A stretch of DNA of 64,000 nt, from NCBI GenBank assembly GCA_020633725.1, contig JACKDC010000005.1:172135-236134 (forward strand), read 5' to 3'. The notes under the pieces are model-generated. The model had not been told where the DNA came from, searched no databases, and saw only the letters and a program-made list of their open reading frames with translations. Of the stretch, positions 29,227 through 41,002 are shown piece by piece (position 1 is the stretch's first letter; every line of letters begins with the position of its first letter). This stretch comes from Candidatus Latescibacterota bacterium (GTDB taxonomy: Bacteria; Krumholzibacteriota; Krumholzibacteriia; JACNKJ01). The position numbers and the translations under genes were made by a program.

Positions 29227-32025
29227 ATGGACACCATCCGCATCCGGGGCGCTCGGGAGAACAACCTGCGCAACCTGGACCTCGACCTGCCGCGGCAGCG
29301 CCTGGTGGTCATCTCCGGACCCAGCGGCTCCGGCAAGAGCAGCCTGCTCTTCGACACGCTCTACGCCGAGGGCCAGCGGCGCTACGTGGAAAGCCTGTCC
29401 ACCTACACGCGGCAGTTCCTCGAGCGGCTGCGTCGGCCCGAGCTCGACGCCCTGGAGGGCATCGGGCCGGCCGTGGCCATCCGCCAGCAGAACAGCGTGC
29501 AGCACGGCCGCTCCACCGTGGCCACCTACACCGAGATCGCCGACTTCCTGCGCGTGCTCTTCGCGCGCGCGGGCACGCTGCACTGCCCGCGCTGCGGGGC
29601 GGTGGTGGAGCGCGAGGAGCCGTCGGTGCTGGCCGAGCGTCTGCTGACCCGCCACCCCGACCGCCTGGTCCAGCTCGCCTTTCCCCACCGCGTCGGCGCG
29701 AGCCAGAGCGGTGAGCAGGTGCGGGAGATCCTGCTCGCCCGCGGCTACAGCCGCGCGCGGGTGGCCGGGAGCGTGACACGTCTCGAGGACGCCCCCGCCG
29801 AGGGCCTGGCCGAGGGGCCGCTGCCCGTCGTCGTGGATCGCCTGCGCCTGGACCCCGAGTCGAGAAGCCGGCTGGCCGAGGCCCTGGAGACGGCCTTCCG
29901 CGAAGGCGACGGCCGCCTGCTCGTGCTGGACGAGCGCGGCGACGAACTCTCGCGCCACGCCGAGGGGGCCATCTGCGGGAACTGCGATCTCGAGCTGCCG
30001 GAGCCGCGGCCGTCCTTCTTCTCGTTTCAACTCGCGGAGGGCGCGTGCCCGGACTGCCGCGGCTACGGCAACCAGCTCGAGTTCGATCGCCACAAGCTGG
30101 TGCCGCAGCCCTCGCTGAGCCTGGCCGAGGGCGCGCTCGCGCCCTGGGCGTCGCCGCGTTTCGCGCGCTTCCAGCAGCGGGCGCTGGAGTTCAGCCGCGT
30201 GGTGGGCATCCCCACCAAGCGGCCCTGGGCCGAGCTGAGCGCGGCGCAGCAGCAGCTGCTGATCGAGGGCGGCCGCGGCTTCAAGGGCGTGCTCCCCTGG
30301 CTGGAGTCGCTGCGGGGCAAGTCCTACAAGAAGTACGCGCGCTTCTACTCGCGACGCTTCATGGCCGAACGGATCTGCGAGACCTGCGGCGGCAGCCGCC
30401 TGCGGCCCGAGGTGCGTCAGGTGCGCCTGGGCGAGTGGACGCTGCCCGACCTCTATCGCCTCAGCCTGGGCGAGGTCGCCGAGGCGCTGGGGGCGCTCGC
30501 GCTGGACGCCCCCGCGCACGGCGTGGAGCGCGTGCTGGAGGAACTCGAGGCGCGCCTCCACTTCCTGCTGCACATGGGGCTGCACTACCTGGGACTCGAT
30601 CGCGCCACGCGCACGCTCTCCGGGGGCGAGTTCCAGCGCATCCACCTGGCGAACGCGCTGGGCAGCCATCTCACCGACACGCTCTACGCCCTGGACGAAC
30701 CCACCGTGGGCCTGCACCCGCGGGACACGGACCGCCTGCTCACCACGCTGCTCGCCCTGCGGGACGCGGGCAACAGCGTGATGGTGGTGGAGCACGATCT
30801 CGAGGTGATCCGCCGGGCCGACCAGCTCGTCGACCTGGGCCCGGGCAGCGGCGCGCGCGGGGGCGAGGTGGTCTATCAGGGCCCGGTGTCCGAGCTGGCG
30901 ACGGTGTCGCCCGATCACCCCTCGGCCACGCTGCGCTGCCTCGCGGGCGTCGAGCCGCTGGGCTTCATCGACCGGCGCCGGCGGCCGTCGCGGGGCAGCA
31001 TCGTGCTCGAGGGCGTGACCAAGCACAACCTCGTGGACGTGAGCGCGGAGTTCCCGCTGGGCCGCCTGGTGGTGGTGACCGGCGTCAGCGGCTCGGGCAA
31101 GAGCACGCTGGTGTCGGACGTGCTCGTGCAGGCGCTGTCGAGTCCCGACGGTCCGCGGCCCGGCGATCCGTGGAAGCGCCTGCGCGGCGCGGACCGCCTC
31201 CACGGCTTTCGCGTGGTGGACCAGAGCCCGGTCGGCAAGAGCCCGCGCAGCAATCCGGCCACCTATCTCGGCGCCTTCCAGTTCATCCGCGAGCTCTACG
31301 CCCAGGCGGCGCGCGAGCAGCGGCTGCGTCTGGGCGCGGAGCACTTCTCCTTCAACAGCAAGGAAGGGCGCTGCCCCGAGTGCAAGGGCCTGGGCTCCGT
31401 GAAGCTGGAGATGGTCTTCATGGCCGATCTCTACGTGCCCTGCGAGGCCTGCGGCGGCACGCGCTTCCGTCCCGAGTCCCTGGCCGTGCGCTACAAGGGG
31501 CGGAGCATCGCCGAGGCGCTGGACATGACGGTGGACGAGGCCATCCAGTTCTTCGCCGGCCATCACGCGCTCGGCGAGCGGCTCTGGATGCTCCACCGCG
31601 TGGGGCTCGGCTACCTGCGTCTGGGCCAGGGCGCGAGCACGCTGTCCGGCGGCGAGAGCCAGCGGCTCAAGATCGCGCGCGAGCTGGCCTCGGCCGGCAG
31701 CGAGCGGAACCTCTACATCCTCGACGAGCCCACCACCGGCCTGCACCCGCTCGACGTGCGCCAGCTGCTGGCCGTCTTCCAGCGGCTGCTGAAGGCGGGG
31801 CACTCGCTGATCGTCGTCGAGCACAACCTGCAGGTGATCATGGCGGCCGACGTGGTGCTGGACCTGGGGCCGGAGGGGGGCAGCGGCGGCGGGCGCATCG
31901 TGGCCCAGGGGGACCCGGCCGCCATCGCGGGGACGCCGGCGTCCATCACCGGGCGCTATCTCGCGCCCATGCTGGCCGCCCAGGCTGCGGAGACGGACCT
32001 CGAGGACGAGGAGGAGGACGCATGA
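29227..32025 (+). CDS. uvrA: Excinuclease ABC subunit A
   Basis: Two ABC ATPase modules ([20 protein letters not shown]), LSGGE signatures and zinc-finger Cys pairs. Confidence 0.95.
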   Translation: MDTIRIRGARENNLRNLDLDLPRQRLVVISGPSGSGKSSLLFDTLYAEGQRRYVESLSTYTRQFLERLRRPELDALEGIGPAVAIRQQNSVQHGRSTVATYTEIADFLRVLFARAGTLHCPRCGAVVEREEPSVLAERLLTRHPDRLVQLAFPHRVGASQSGEQVREILLARGYSRARVAGSVTRLEDAPAEGLAEGPLPVVVDRLRLDPESRSRLAEALETAFREGDGRLLVLDERGDELSRHAEGAICGNCDLELPEPRPSFFSFQLAEGACPDCRGYGNQLEFDRHKLVPQPSLSLAEGALAPWASPRFARFQQRALEFSRVVGIPTKRPWAELSAAQQQLLIEGGRGFKGVLPWLESLRGKSYKKYARFYSRRFMAERICETCGGSRLRPEVRQVRLGEWTLPDLYRLSLGEVAEALGALALDAPAHGVERVLEELEARLHFLLHMGLHYLGLDRATRTLSGGEFQRIHLANALGSHLTDTLYALDEPTVGLHPRDTDRLLTTLLALRDAGNSVMVVEHDLEVIRRADQLVDLGPGSGARGGEVVYQGPVSELATVSPDHPSATLRCLAGVEPLGFIDRRRRPSRGSIVLEGVTKHNLVDVSAEFPLGRLVVVTGVSGSGKSTLVSDVLVQALSSPDGPRPGDPWKRLRGADRLHGFRVVDQSPVGKSPRSNPATYLGAFQFIRELYAQAAREQRLRLGAEHFSFNSKEGRCPECKGLGSVKLEMVFMADLYVPCEACGGTRFRPESLAVRYKGRSIAEALDMTVDEAIQFFAGHHALGERLWMLHRVGLGYLRLGQGASTLSGGESQRLKIARELASAGSERNLYILDEPTTGLHPLDVRQLLAVFQRLLKAGHSLIVVEHNLQVIMAADVVLDLGPEGGSGGGRIVAQGDPAAIAGTPASITGRYLAPMLAAQAAETDLEDEEEDA

Positions 32026-33002
32026 AGATCCTGGTGATCGGCGGCGCGGGCTACATCGGCGGCGCGTTCGTGCGGGCGGCGCTGTCGGCGGGGCACACCC
32101 CTCTGGTGCTGGACAACCTGAGCACGGGGCATCGGGACGCGGTGCCCGAGGGCGTGGCGTTCACGGCCGGCGACCTCAGGGAGCGCCGCGCGCTGGATCC
32201 GCTGCTCGCCGAGGCGGAGGCGGTGGTGCACTTCGCGGCGAAGAGCATCGTCAGCGAGTCGATGGCGGACCCGGTGGGCTACTACCGCGAGAATCTGGGC
32301 GGCTTCCTCGCGCTGCTGGAGGGCCTCGAGCGCTCGGGTCCGCGGCCGCTGGTCTTCTCCTCGTCGGCCGCCGTCTACGGCCAGGGGGAGGGGCGGCCGC
32401 TCGTGGAGGACGCTCCCTGCCGCCCGGTGAACCCCTACGGCGGCACGAAGCTCGCCATGGAGCAGACGCTGGTCCACGCCGCGGGCCGCCTGGGCCTGCG
32501 CTACTTCTCGCTGCGCTACTTCAACGCCGCGGGCGGCGTGCCGGGTCACGGCGAGCGCCACGACCCCGAGACTCACCTGATCCCGCTGGCCCTCGAGGCG
32601 GCGCAGGGCCGCCGGACGCTCACCCTCTACGGCGACGACTACCCCACGCCCGACGGCAGCTGCATCCGCGACTACATCCACATCGCGGACCTGGCCGAGG
32701 CCCACCTGGCGGCCCTGGAGCGCCTGGCCGCCACCGAGGGCGACGATCCCAGCGGTCCCGTGAACCTGGGCACCGGCCACGGGCAGTCGGTCAAGGAGGT
32801 GCTCGCCTGCGTGGAGCGGGTGACGGGCCGGCCGTTGCCGGTCAGCGTGGGGCCCCGGCGCGAGGGCGACCCCGCCCTCCTGGTGGCGGCGGTGGACCGG
32901 GCCGCGGAGCGCCTCGGCTGGCGCGCCCGGCGTCCGGATCTGGACGACATCGTGGGCTCGGCGTGGGAATGGCAGCAGGGACGCGGAATTGCGGACACCT
33001 GA
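32022..33002 (+). CDS. galE: UDP-glucose 4-epimerase
   Basis: VIGGAGYIGG Rossmann motif, YGGTK, SDR-extended family length. The ATG overlaps the uvrA stop codon. Confidence 0.9.
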   Translation: MKILVIGGAGYIGGAFVRAALSAGHTPLVLDNLSTGHRDAVPEGVAFTAGDLRERRALDPLLAEAEAVVHFAAKSIVSESMADPVGYYRENLGGFLALLEGLERSGPRPLVFSSSAAVYGQGEGRPLVEDAPCRPVNPYGGTKLAMEQTLVHAAGRLGLRYFSLRYFNAAGGVPGHGERHDPETHLIPLALEAAQGRRTLTLYGDDYPTPDGSCIRDYIHIADLAEAHLAALERLAATEGDDPSGPVNLGTGHGQSVKEVLACVERVTGRPLPVSVGPRREGDPALLVAAVDRAAERLGWRARRPDLDDIVGSAWEWQQGRGIADT

Positions 33003-33053
33003 ATCGCTTGCCGGTTGACACCGCCTGCCGCCTGTGTTTGTTTAGCTCGCGCC

Positions 33054-33126
<73 letters not shown>

Positions 33127-33131
33127 CCTCG

Positions 33132-33163
33132 ACGCCGGTCCTCCCGCGGGCCGGCGTTTCCCA
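33132..33163 (+). terminator. Possible terminator after tRNA-Phe
   Basis: ACGCCGGTCC / GGGCCGGCGT stem (one G-T pair) followed by TTTCCCATT. Confidence 0.4.
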
Positions 33164-33208
33164 TTGTGACCCGCCGTCCCTGTTGAGGCTCGATTCTCAT
33201 CTGGCCCA

Positions 33209-33237
33209 TTGACAAGCTTGCGGAATTGGTTTAGGTT
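33209..33237 (+). promoter_or_regulatory. Candidate sigma70 promoter for the Rrf2 gene (TTGACA-N17-TAGGTT)
   Basis: Consensus -35 hexamer with 17-nt spacing, in an AT-richer 160-nt gap. Confidence 0.4.
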
Positions 33238-33240
33238 AAG

Positions 33241-33259
33241 GGTTAGCGGACTTCTAACT
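33241..33259. promoter_or_regulatory. Inverted repeat GGTTAG-N7-CTAACT next to the -10 element (possible autoregulatory operator)
   Basis: Seen directly. It lies 4 nt downstream of the -10 hexamer, upstream of the Rrf2 regulator gene. Confidence 0.25.
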
Positions 33260-33287
33260 CCTAATACCCTCTCCCCAAGGGGCGGCA

Positions 33288-33737
33288 ATGATTCTCTCGA
33301 GAGCGAGCGAGTATGCGATCCGGGCCATGGTGTACATGGCGGGACGTGAAGCGGATGGACCGGTCCAGCTCAAGGAGATCGCGGAGTCCGAGAACATCCC
33401 GTTCCACTTCCTCGCCAAGACGATGCAGGTGCTGACGCGGATTCGTCTGGTGAAGTCCTTTCGCGGCCCGCACGGGGGATTCATGCTCATGCGGCCCGCG
33501 AACGAGATCTACCTGTACGAGATCGTCAACGCCTTCGATGCGATCAGCCAGTGGGACACGACCTGCGTCCTGGGCATCAATCCCTGCTCGGACGACGTGA
33601 TCTGTCCCATCCACGACGACTGGAAGCCGATCAAGGAAGGAATCTTCGAGCTCTTCAGGACGCGGAACCTGGAGAGTCTGGTCGGCAAGCTCGAGGAAAA
33701 GCGGCAAAAGCTCCGCGAGCTGGGTCTGACGGGCTGA
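33288..33737 (+). CDS. Rrf2-family (IscR/NsrR-like) transcriptional regulator with three clustered Cys
   Basis: N-terminal wHTH (SRASEYAIRAMVYMA...LKEIAE...IPFHFLAKTMQVL) and C-x6-C-x6-C (CVLGINPCSDDVICP). Visibly lower GC than its neighbours. Confidence 0.85.
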   Translation: MILSRASEYAIRAMVYMAGREADGPVQLKEIAESENIPFHFLAKTMQVLTRIRLVKSFRGPHGGFMLMRPANEIYLYEIVNAFDAISQWDTTCVLGINPCSDDVICPIHDDWKPIKEGIFELFRTRNLESLVGKLEEKRQKLRELGLTG

Positions 33738-33758
33738 CGGGTGGTGGCTCGTGGTCTA

Positions 33759-33794
33759 GAGGCGGCCTCGCGCGTGGAGGCCGCCTCGCTTTTT
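33759..33794. terminator. Bidirectional hairpin terminator between convergent genes
   Basis: GAGGCGGCCTC - GCGCGTG - GAGGCCGCCTC followed by GCTTTTT. Confidence 0.6.
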
Positions 33795-33807
33795 GGGGGC
33801 AGGCCCG

Positions 33808-34389
33808 CTAGAACAGATCTTCCCGGCCCACCGCGCGCAGGTGCAGCCGCGTGAGCAGCGCGTCGCCGTCCACCGCGCCCGTGCCCGACAGGTGGTCCAG
33901 CCGGAAGAGCAGACCCACGTAGACCGTATCGTGCTGCTGGAACAGGTCGAGGAAGCCGTCCGCGCTGAAGACCTGCTCCAGCGTGTTGACCTCGCCGCCG
34001 TTCAGCGTCCCCTCCAGCGAGACCAGGCGATTCGCCGTGTCCCAGAAGCTGGCGGGATCGTCGTCCGCGGCCACGTAGACGTCCATGCGCGCGCGCATGT
34101 TCACCGCCCCGATGACGTTCGTGTTGTCCAGCATCAGCTGCATGTCGACGCTGAGGGACTCGAGGGCCAGGGCGTCGCGCAGGCCCGAGGGCGTCTCGAC
34201 TTCCTCGATGGGACTCGGCGTCTCGCTGAACTCGCCGGGCAGCACGAGGTAGGTGAAGCTGCGGTCGGCCTCGTCGATGAAGCTGTCCAGATCCAGGTTG
34301 ATGGTGGTGCGGTTGCCGCCGCAGGCCAGCCCCAGGGGCAGGAGCAGCGTGGCGAGCGCGGCGGATCGGCGCATGCGGTGCCAGTTCAT
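33808..34389 (-). CDS. Lipoprotein, function unknown
   Basis: Lipobox LGLAC and AGGAGGG RBS. It lies 10 nt downstream of the preceding gene on the same strand. Confidence 0.6.
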   Translation of the reverse strand: MNWHRMRRSAALATLLLPLGLACGGNRTTINLDLDSFIDEADRSFTYLVLPGEFSETPSPIEEVETPSGLRDALALESLSVDMQLMLDNTNVIGAVNMRARMDVYVAADDDPASFWDTANRLVSLEGTLNGGEVNTLEQVFSADGFLDLFQQHDTVYVGLLFRLDHLSGTGAVDGDALLTRLHLRAVGREDLF

Positions 34390-34399
34390 GGTCGCCCTC

Positions 34400-35758
34400 C
34401 TACAGGCTGAGGCTGAAGCCCAGGGCGAGCCCGCGCTCGTCCTGGATGTAGCGGCTGTGCGTTTCCAGCGCGAGATCGAGGCTGACCCCGCCGAGCTGGC
34501 GACCCACGCCAGTGGAGAACTGCCACTGGCTGCGGGCGTCGCGGCTCGTGCCCGCGCGCAGGGCCCAGTCGCCCACGCGATACTCGCCGCCCAGGTGGAG
34601 GCTGTTCGCCCAGGGGCGCACGCGCCATTCGCCCAGGAGCAGCATCGGGCCCTCGGCGTAGGCGGCGCTGAAGGTCCACAGCGCGTCCAGGTGATAGGTG
34701 TAGCTCTCCCCCTCGGCCAGCGTGGTCGTGACGGTCTCGCTGTCGCCGGTGACGTCGTCGGTCACCAGCTCCTGCTGCTCCAGCGTCGTGTCGCCGAAGC
34801 GCATGCTGCCGGCGATGTCGCGCACGCCGACGCCCAGGTCCCAGGGGCCCTGGCGCAGGAGCACGCCCAGGTCGAGCGCCACGCCGGGCGCGAACCCGGC
34901 GCCGCTGCGCAGATGGCTGAGCTGCTCGACGTCGAGCGTCTCGGAGGCGAAGAGCGAGTCGCCGGTGAGCACGGCCACGTCGATGTCGCCGACCGCCATG
35001 CCGAAGCCGGTGAGGAGCTTGGGGGCGACGCCGATGTAGACGTCCCGCGGCGCGGCCTCACGGTTCACCCGCCGCGCCCAGAGCAGCTTCCAGGCGAGGC
35101 CGCCGGCGGCGGCCATGTCGCCGTCCATGGCGTAGCGCGAGGACGGCTTCAGCGAGTCGCCCCCGGCCAGCAGGCCGTAGAAGGCGTCGTCGAGGGCGGT
35201 CTCGAGGCGCAGGTCGAGGTAGGGATTCACCTGCAGGCGCCAGCGGCCGGTCTCGCCGACCGGGCCGCCCAGCCCGACGCTGTACTGGTCGAGCCGCGTG
35301 CCCGTGTCGACGGGGTCCTGGGGCAGGATCAGGTGGGCGTCCTCCCAGTAGACGCGCAGGTGCTCCTGGCCCACGTCGATGGTCACGTCGCCATCGAGCG
35401 GGTCGGGCTTGCGCAGCTCCAGGTGCAGCGGGGGATTGCTGATCAGGTTGGCCAGCCGGACGGGGTCGAAGGCGTCGTCGTCGGGGTTCAGCTCCTGGGT
35501 GTCGTGAAAGAGCGTGAACAGCCCCAGCGGCAGGGGAATGCTGCCGCCCCAGTCCGAGGGGCGGGCCGGCACCGCCGCGTAGGCGGGGTTGTCGGCCACC
35601 AGGTGGCCGGGCCCGGGGGCGTGGACGCCGCCCATGGCCATCCGGCGAGCGTCCATGAGCAGCGCCTGGGCGGAGCCCGCGGACAGGGCCAGCAGGCCCG
35701 ACGCGGCGAGCAGCGCCATGGCGAAGACCGTGCGAACTGAGATCCGTCGCGGCATCAT
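34400..35758 (-). CDS. Outer-membrane beta-barrel protein, FadL/PorV-like N-terminal motif (tentative)
   Basis: Signal peptide, then ARRMAMGGV....DNPAYAAV, which resembles the G-M-G-G...NPAG motif of FadL/PorV-type barrels. The C-terminal residue is aliphatic and the sequence is strand-rich. Strong GGAGGAGGG RBS before the ATG at 35758. Confidence 0.55.
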   Translation of the reverse strand: MMPRRISVRTVFAMALLAASGLLALSAGSAQALLMDARRMAMGGVHAPGPGHLVADNPAYAAVPARPSDWGGSIPLPLGLFTLFHDTQELNPDDDAFDPVRLANLISNPPLHLELRKPDPLDGDVTIDVGQEHLRVYWEDAHLILPQDPVDTGTRLDQYSVGLGGPVGETGRWRLQVNPYLDLRLETALDDAFYGLLAGGDSLKPSSRYAMDGDMAAAGGLAWKLLWARRVNREAAPRDVYIGVAPKLLTGFGMAVGDIDVAVLTGDSLFASETLDVEQLSHLRSGAGFAPGVALDLGVLLRQGPWDLGVGVRDIAGSMRFGDTTLEQQELVTDDVTGDSETVTTTLAEGESYTYHLDALWTFSAAYAEGPMLLLGEWRVRPWANSLHLGGEYRVGDWALRAGTSRDARSQWQFSTGVGRQLGGVSLDLALETHSRYIQDERGLALGFSLSL

Positions 35759-35923
35759 GCGATCCCTCCTCCTTGCACGTCCCATCCCGTCGCGGAGCAC
35801 GAGGCCTCAGGCGTTCCCGTGTCCGGCGGAGTATGGGCGCGAAAGTCCCGGAGGGCAAGATCGCCGCCGAACTCTTGACTTCGGCCCCGCGCCTCCCCAC
35901 TATAACCCCGCTTTGGGCGTTTG

Positions 35924-35996
35924 GCTGGCGTAGCTCAGCTGGTAGAGCAACGCACTCGTAATGCGTAGGTCCGCGGTTCGAATCCGCGCGCCAGCT
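35924..35996 (+). tRNA. tRNA-Thr (anticodon CGT, nt 35957-35959)
   Basis: Acceptor GCTGGCG/CGCCAGC, D arm GCTC/GAGC, anticodon stem ACGCA/TGCGT with loop CTCGTAA, T arm CGCGG/CCGCG with TTCGAAT. Confidence 0.9.
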
Positions 35997-36089
35997 CCTG
36001 GTCCTTCGGGGCACACTCGTGGCCGTCCGGCGGGGCGGCCCTTTGCATTTCGGCCCTGACCGGGCCTTTTCCCGCAGCAAGGAGTCGCC

Positions 36090-37481
36090 GTGTCCTCGAG
36101 TCCCCTGATGGTGAGCGTTTCCGGGATCCGCGGCATCGTGGGCGGAAGCCTGCACCCCGAGGCCATCGTCCGCTACACGGCCGCCTACGCCACCTGGCTC
36201 CGGCGCCGCGGCGCGGCCGCGGGCACCCCGGTCGTGGTGGGACGCGACGGACGTCCCAGCGGGCGCATGGTGCTCGACCTGGTCAAGGGCGTGCTCTCTG
36301 CCGCGGGGCTGGAGGCGGTGGACCTCGGCGTCTCCACGACGCCCGGAACGGCCATGGCCGTGGGCGCGCAGCGGGCGGCGGGGGGGATCGTCATCACGGC
36401 CAGCCACAACCCGGCGCCGTGGAACGCGCTCAAGTTCCTCGACGACGCCGGCGACTTCCTCGCGCCGGCCCTCGGCCAGGAGGTGCTGGCCGTGGAGGCG
36501 TCCGGGGACTTCCACTGGGAAGGCCACGCGGGCCTGGGCGGCTTCCGCCGCTGGACCGACGCCAACCGCCACCATGTCGACGCCATTCTCGCCCTGCCCG
36601 CCGTGGAACCGGCCGCCATCGCGGCGCGCGGCTTCCGCGCCGTGGTGGACGCGGTCAACGCCTCCGGCAGCGAGGCCATGCCGCTGCTCCTGGACGCGCT
36701 GGGCGTGGGCTGCAGCAAGCTCTACTGCGACGGCAGCGGCGACTTCCCGCACAACCCCGAGCCCACGCCGGCCCACCTGGCCGACCTCGCCGCCGCCGTG
36801 CGCGCGGAGAAAGCGGACCTGGGCCTGGCCGTGGATCCCGACAGCGACCGCCTCGTCCTCGTGGACGAGAACGGCCGCGTCCTCTCCGAGGAGCTCACGC
36901 TGGCCCTCGCCGTGGACTACTACCTGGGCACGCGGCCGGGCCCCGTGGCCGCCAACCTGAGCACGAGCCGCCGCATCGACGACGTCGCCGCCCGCCACCG
37001 CCAGGTCTGCCACCGCTCGCCGGTGGGCGAGGCCCACGTGGTGGCGGCCATGCGCGCGGCCGGCGCGGTGATCGGCGGCGAGGGCAACGGCGGCGTGATC
37101 CTGCCCGAGCTGCACGCCGGGCGCGACGGCCTGGTGGGCACGGCCCTCGTGCTGGCGGCGATGGCGTCCACCGGGCGACCGCTTTCCGCCCTGGCCGACG
37201 CGCTGCCCGACTACCGGATGGAGAAGCGCCGCCTCGACCTGGCGGCGCGCGTGGATTCCGCGCGGCTCGTGGAGCTCGCGACGCGCCACTTCGACGGCGC
37301 CGCGCTGGACACGCGCGACGGCGTGAAGGCCAGCTACGGCGAGGGCTGGATCCACGTGCGCGCGTCCAACACCGAGGCGATCCTGCGGCTCATCGGCGAG
37401 TCCGAGGACGGCGCGTGGCTGAAGCGGCGCTTAGACGACGCGGAGGTCTTCTTCTCCGGCGCGCTCGCGGGCGGGGACTGA
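36090..37481 (+). CDS. glmM: Phosphohexomutase family, probable phosphoglucosamine mutase
   Basis: SGIRG, the active-site TASHNP motif and four-domain PGM/PMM length. It lies directly upstream of glmS. GTG start preceded by AAGGAG. Confidence 0.75.
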   Translation: MSSSPLMVSVSGIRGIVGGSLHPEAIVRYTAAYATWLRRRGAAAGTPVVVGRDGRPSGRMVLDLVKGVLSAAGLEAVDLGVSTTPGTAMAVGAQRAAGGIVITASHNPAPWNALKFLDDAGDFLAPALGQEVLAVEASGDFHWEGHAGLGGFRRWTDANRHHVDAILALPAVEPAAIAARGFRAVVDAVNASGSEAMPLLLDALGVGCSKLYCDGSGDFPHNPEPTPAHLADLAAAVRAEKADLGLAVDPDSDRLVLVDENGRVLSEELTLALAVDYYLGTRPGPVAANLSTSRRIDDVAARHRQVCHRSPVGEAHVVAAMRAAGAVIGGEGNGGVILPELHAGRDGLVGTALVLAAMASTGRPLSALADALPDYRMEKRRLDLAARVDSARLVELATRHFDGAALDTRDGVKASYGEGWIHVRASNTEAILRLIGESEDGAWLKRRLDDAEVFFSGALAGGD

Positions 37482-37570
37482 GCGTCCGGGATTTCTGTTG
37501 AGGCTCCGGGGCAGGGGACCGATACTCTAGCGAACCCTGCGGCTGCGAACCCCAAACGACGAGGCAGACA

Positions 37571-39398
<1,828 letters not shown>

Positions 39399-39418
39399 GG
39401 GGCGCAAGGGAGAAGCAC

Positions 39419-39811
39419 ATGAAGCGGGAGATCCTCAGCACGGGCGACGCGCCCGCGGCCATCGGTCCGTACAGCCAGGCCGTCCGCGCGGGCGGCTTCG
39501 TCTTCACCGCCGGCCAGGTGCCGCTGGACCCGGCCACGGGCAAGCTCGTGACCGGCGGCATCGAGGAGCAGACCCGCCGCGTGATGAAGAATCTCGGCGC
39601 CGTCCTCGCCGCGGCCGGGCTCGGCTTTGACGCGGTGCTCAAGACCACCGTATATCTCCTGGACCTGGGGGAGTTCGCCGTCTTCAACGGCGTCTACGGC
39701 GAGTACTTCGCGGGGATCGCGCCACCGGCCCGCTCCACGGTGCAGGTGGCCGCACTTCCCCTGGGAGCACGGGTCGAGATCGAGCTCGTGGCCGCGTTCC
39801 CCGCCGACTGA
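39419..39811 (+). CDS. ridA: RidA/YjgF-family reactive-intermediate deaminase
   Basis: APAAIGPYSQAV...FTAGQ.P.DP.TG, 130 aa. Confidence 0.9.
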   Translation: MKREILSTGDAPAAIGPYSQAVRAGGFVFTAGQVPLDPATGKLVTGGIEEQTRRVMKNLGAVLAAAGLGFDAVLKTTVYLLDLGEFAVFNGVYGEYFAGIAPPARSTVQVAALPLGARVEIELVAAFPAD

Positions 39812-39830
39812 TGCCCGAGGAGGCACGGAG

Positions 39831-40247
39831 ATGGGACCGTCCTGGCGTTCGCTTGCGGCGGCGGTGCTGCTCCTGGGGACAGCGGTCATGGGCTGCAAGG
39901 ATGCCGAGGCACCCCAGCCAGACCCCGACGTGGTGGCCATACGGCGGATGATCGGGGACTGGGAGCGGTCGATGGAGTTGGACGACGAGCCGGCGCTGCA
40001 GCCGCTCTTCGAGGGGGGCTACTGGCCGCACGCGCGCTCTCGCTACGTGATGTCCATCGTGGGCGGACATTCGCTGCGGGTGACGGACGTCGAAATCGAG
40101 GTCGGAGTGCAGCATGAGCAGGCCGTCGTGAGCTTCCAGTTCAGCGATCTCACGGACCACCACGGCTGGGCGGCGACCTGGATGCTCACCCTGCACCAGG
40201 CCTGGCTCGTGAGCGAGGAGTACGTGAGCTGTCTCGACTGCTGGTGA
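39831..40247 (+). CDS. Small lipoprotein, NTF2/SnoaL-like fold suspected
   Basis: Lipobox-like AVMGC and GAGGAGG RBS. No recognisable catalytic motif. Confidence 0.5.
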   Translation: MGPSWRSLAAAVLLLGTAVMGCKDAEAPQPDPDVVAIRRMIGDWERSMELDDEPALQPLFEGGYWPHARSRYVMSIVGGHSLRVTDVEIEVGVQHEQAVVSFQFSDLTDHHGWAATWMLTLHQAWLVSEEYVSCLDCW

Positions 40248-40286
40248 CTTCGCTGCCAGCGAAGATCTGGGTCAATGTTGTCTCGT

Positions 40287-40384
40287 GGGAGTGGATGGGT
40301 CCTGGTGGGCCCCGAGGACTTCAAATCCTTCTGCCGGGTGCTAATCCCATCCGGGGTGGGTTCGATTCCCACGCATTCCCGCCA
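40287..40384 (+). tRNA. selC: tRNA-Sec (selenocysteine, anticodon TCA at 40321-40323)
   Basis: 98 nt. Long acceptor (GGGAGTG/CATTCCC, 7 bp plus a mismatched 8th pair). 6-bp D stem GGGTCC/GGGCCC with the 4-nt loop TGGT. Anticodon loop CTTCAAA, identical to E. coli selC. 7-bp extra arm CCGGGTG/CATCCGG. T arm GTGGG-TTCGATT-CCCAC. Discriminator G plus encoded CCA. Confidence 0.85.
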
Positions 40385-40411
40385 TTTTCACTCCCCCGCT
40401 GGCGAGGTGCC

Positions 40412-40996
40412 ATGCGCGCGCTGCTGATCGTCCTCCTGCTCCTGGCCCTCGCGCCGGCGGACGTGCGCGCGCAGAGCGCGGACTCGTCACCACAGGCTGC
40501 GGGCCAGGACCGGGCGCCAGGGCCGGATGCGCCGCCGCCCCGCGTGCCCCTGCCGCCGCCGCCGGGACCGCGCAACGCGCGCCTGGCCATGGGCGCGAGC
40601 ACGCTCTTTCCGGGCCTCGGCCAGCTCTACAACGAGGAAGGGCTGCGCACGCTGGTGGTGTTCAGCTGGGAGGCCTACTACCTCTCCGTCATCCTGCGCG
40701 AGGGCCAGCGCGCCGACCTCTACAAGCGCCACGCCGCCGCGCTCGGGCCGGGGGAGACCTGGCTGGGCCTGGACCACGACGCCCTGCGCGCCCGCTTCGC
40801 GTCCCATGAACAGCGGCAGACGGACTACGTCTGGTACACCGGCGCGCTGCTGCTGGCGAGCATCCTCGACGCCTACGTCTTCGCCAACCTCCACGACTTC
40901 GAGACCGACGACATCCGCGGTCGGCGCGCCGCGCTGCTGCCCACCTTCGACACCGACCAGCACAGCGTGGGCCTGGCGCTCCGCTGGCGCTTCTAG
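40412..40996 (+). CDS. Membrane/secreted protein, DUF5683-like (PGLGQLYN motif)
   Basis: Signal peptide MRALLIVLLLLALAPADVRA, Pro-rich linker, then hydrophobic segments containing FPGLGQLYN. Confidence 0.5.
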   Translation: MRALLIVLLLLALAPADVRAQSADSSPQAAGQDRAPGPDAPPPRVPLPPPPGPRNARLAMGASTLFPGLGQLYNEEGLRTLVVFSWEAYYLSVILREGQRADLYKRHAAALGPGETWLGLDHDALRARFASHEQRQTDYVWYTGALLLASILDAYVFANLHDFETDDIRGRRAALLPTFDTDQHSVGLALRWRF

Positions 40997-41002
40997 GGCG
41001 CC

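Noticed and set aside
26650-33002. Long shadow ORFs 26650-28236 (-), 29203-31824 (-) and the N-terminal 660 codons of 30045-33002 (+).
   Set aside because: They lie opposite or out of frame to the TSP3 protein and uvrA. Only the final 326 codons of 30045-33002 (from the ATG at 32022) are GalE.
33015-33044. Promoters for the tRNA genes: TTGACA at 33015 upstream of tRNA-Phe, and TTGACT at 35875 with TATAAC at 35901 upstream of tRNA-Thr.
   Set aside because: The -35 hexamers are good, but there is either no convincing -10 element at 16-18 nt (tRNA-Phe) or a 20-nt spacer (tRNA-Thr). This is too uncertain to call.
37482-37570. A possible glmS ribozyme or riboswitch in the glmS leader.
   Set aside because: The gap is only 89 nt, and I see none of the conserved glmS ribozyme core or pseudoknot segments. 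The element is mainly known from Firmicutes.
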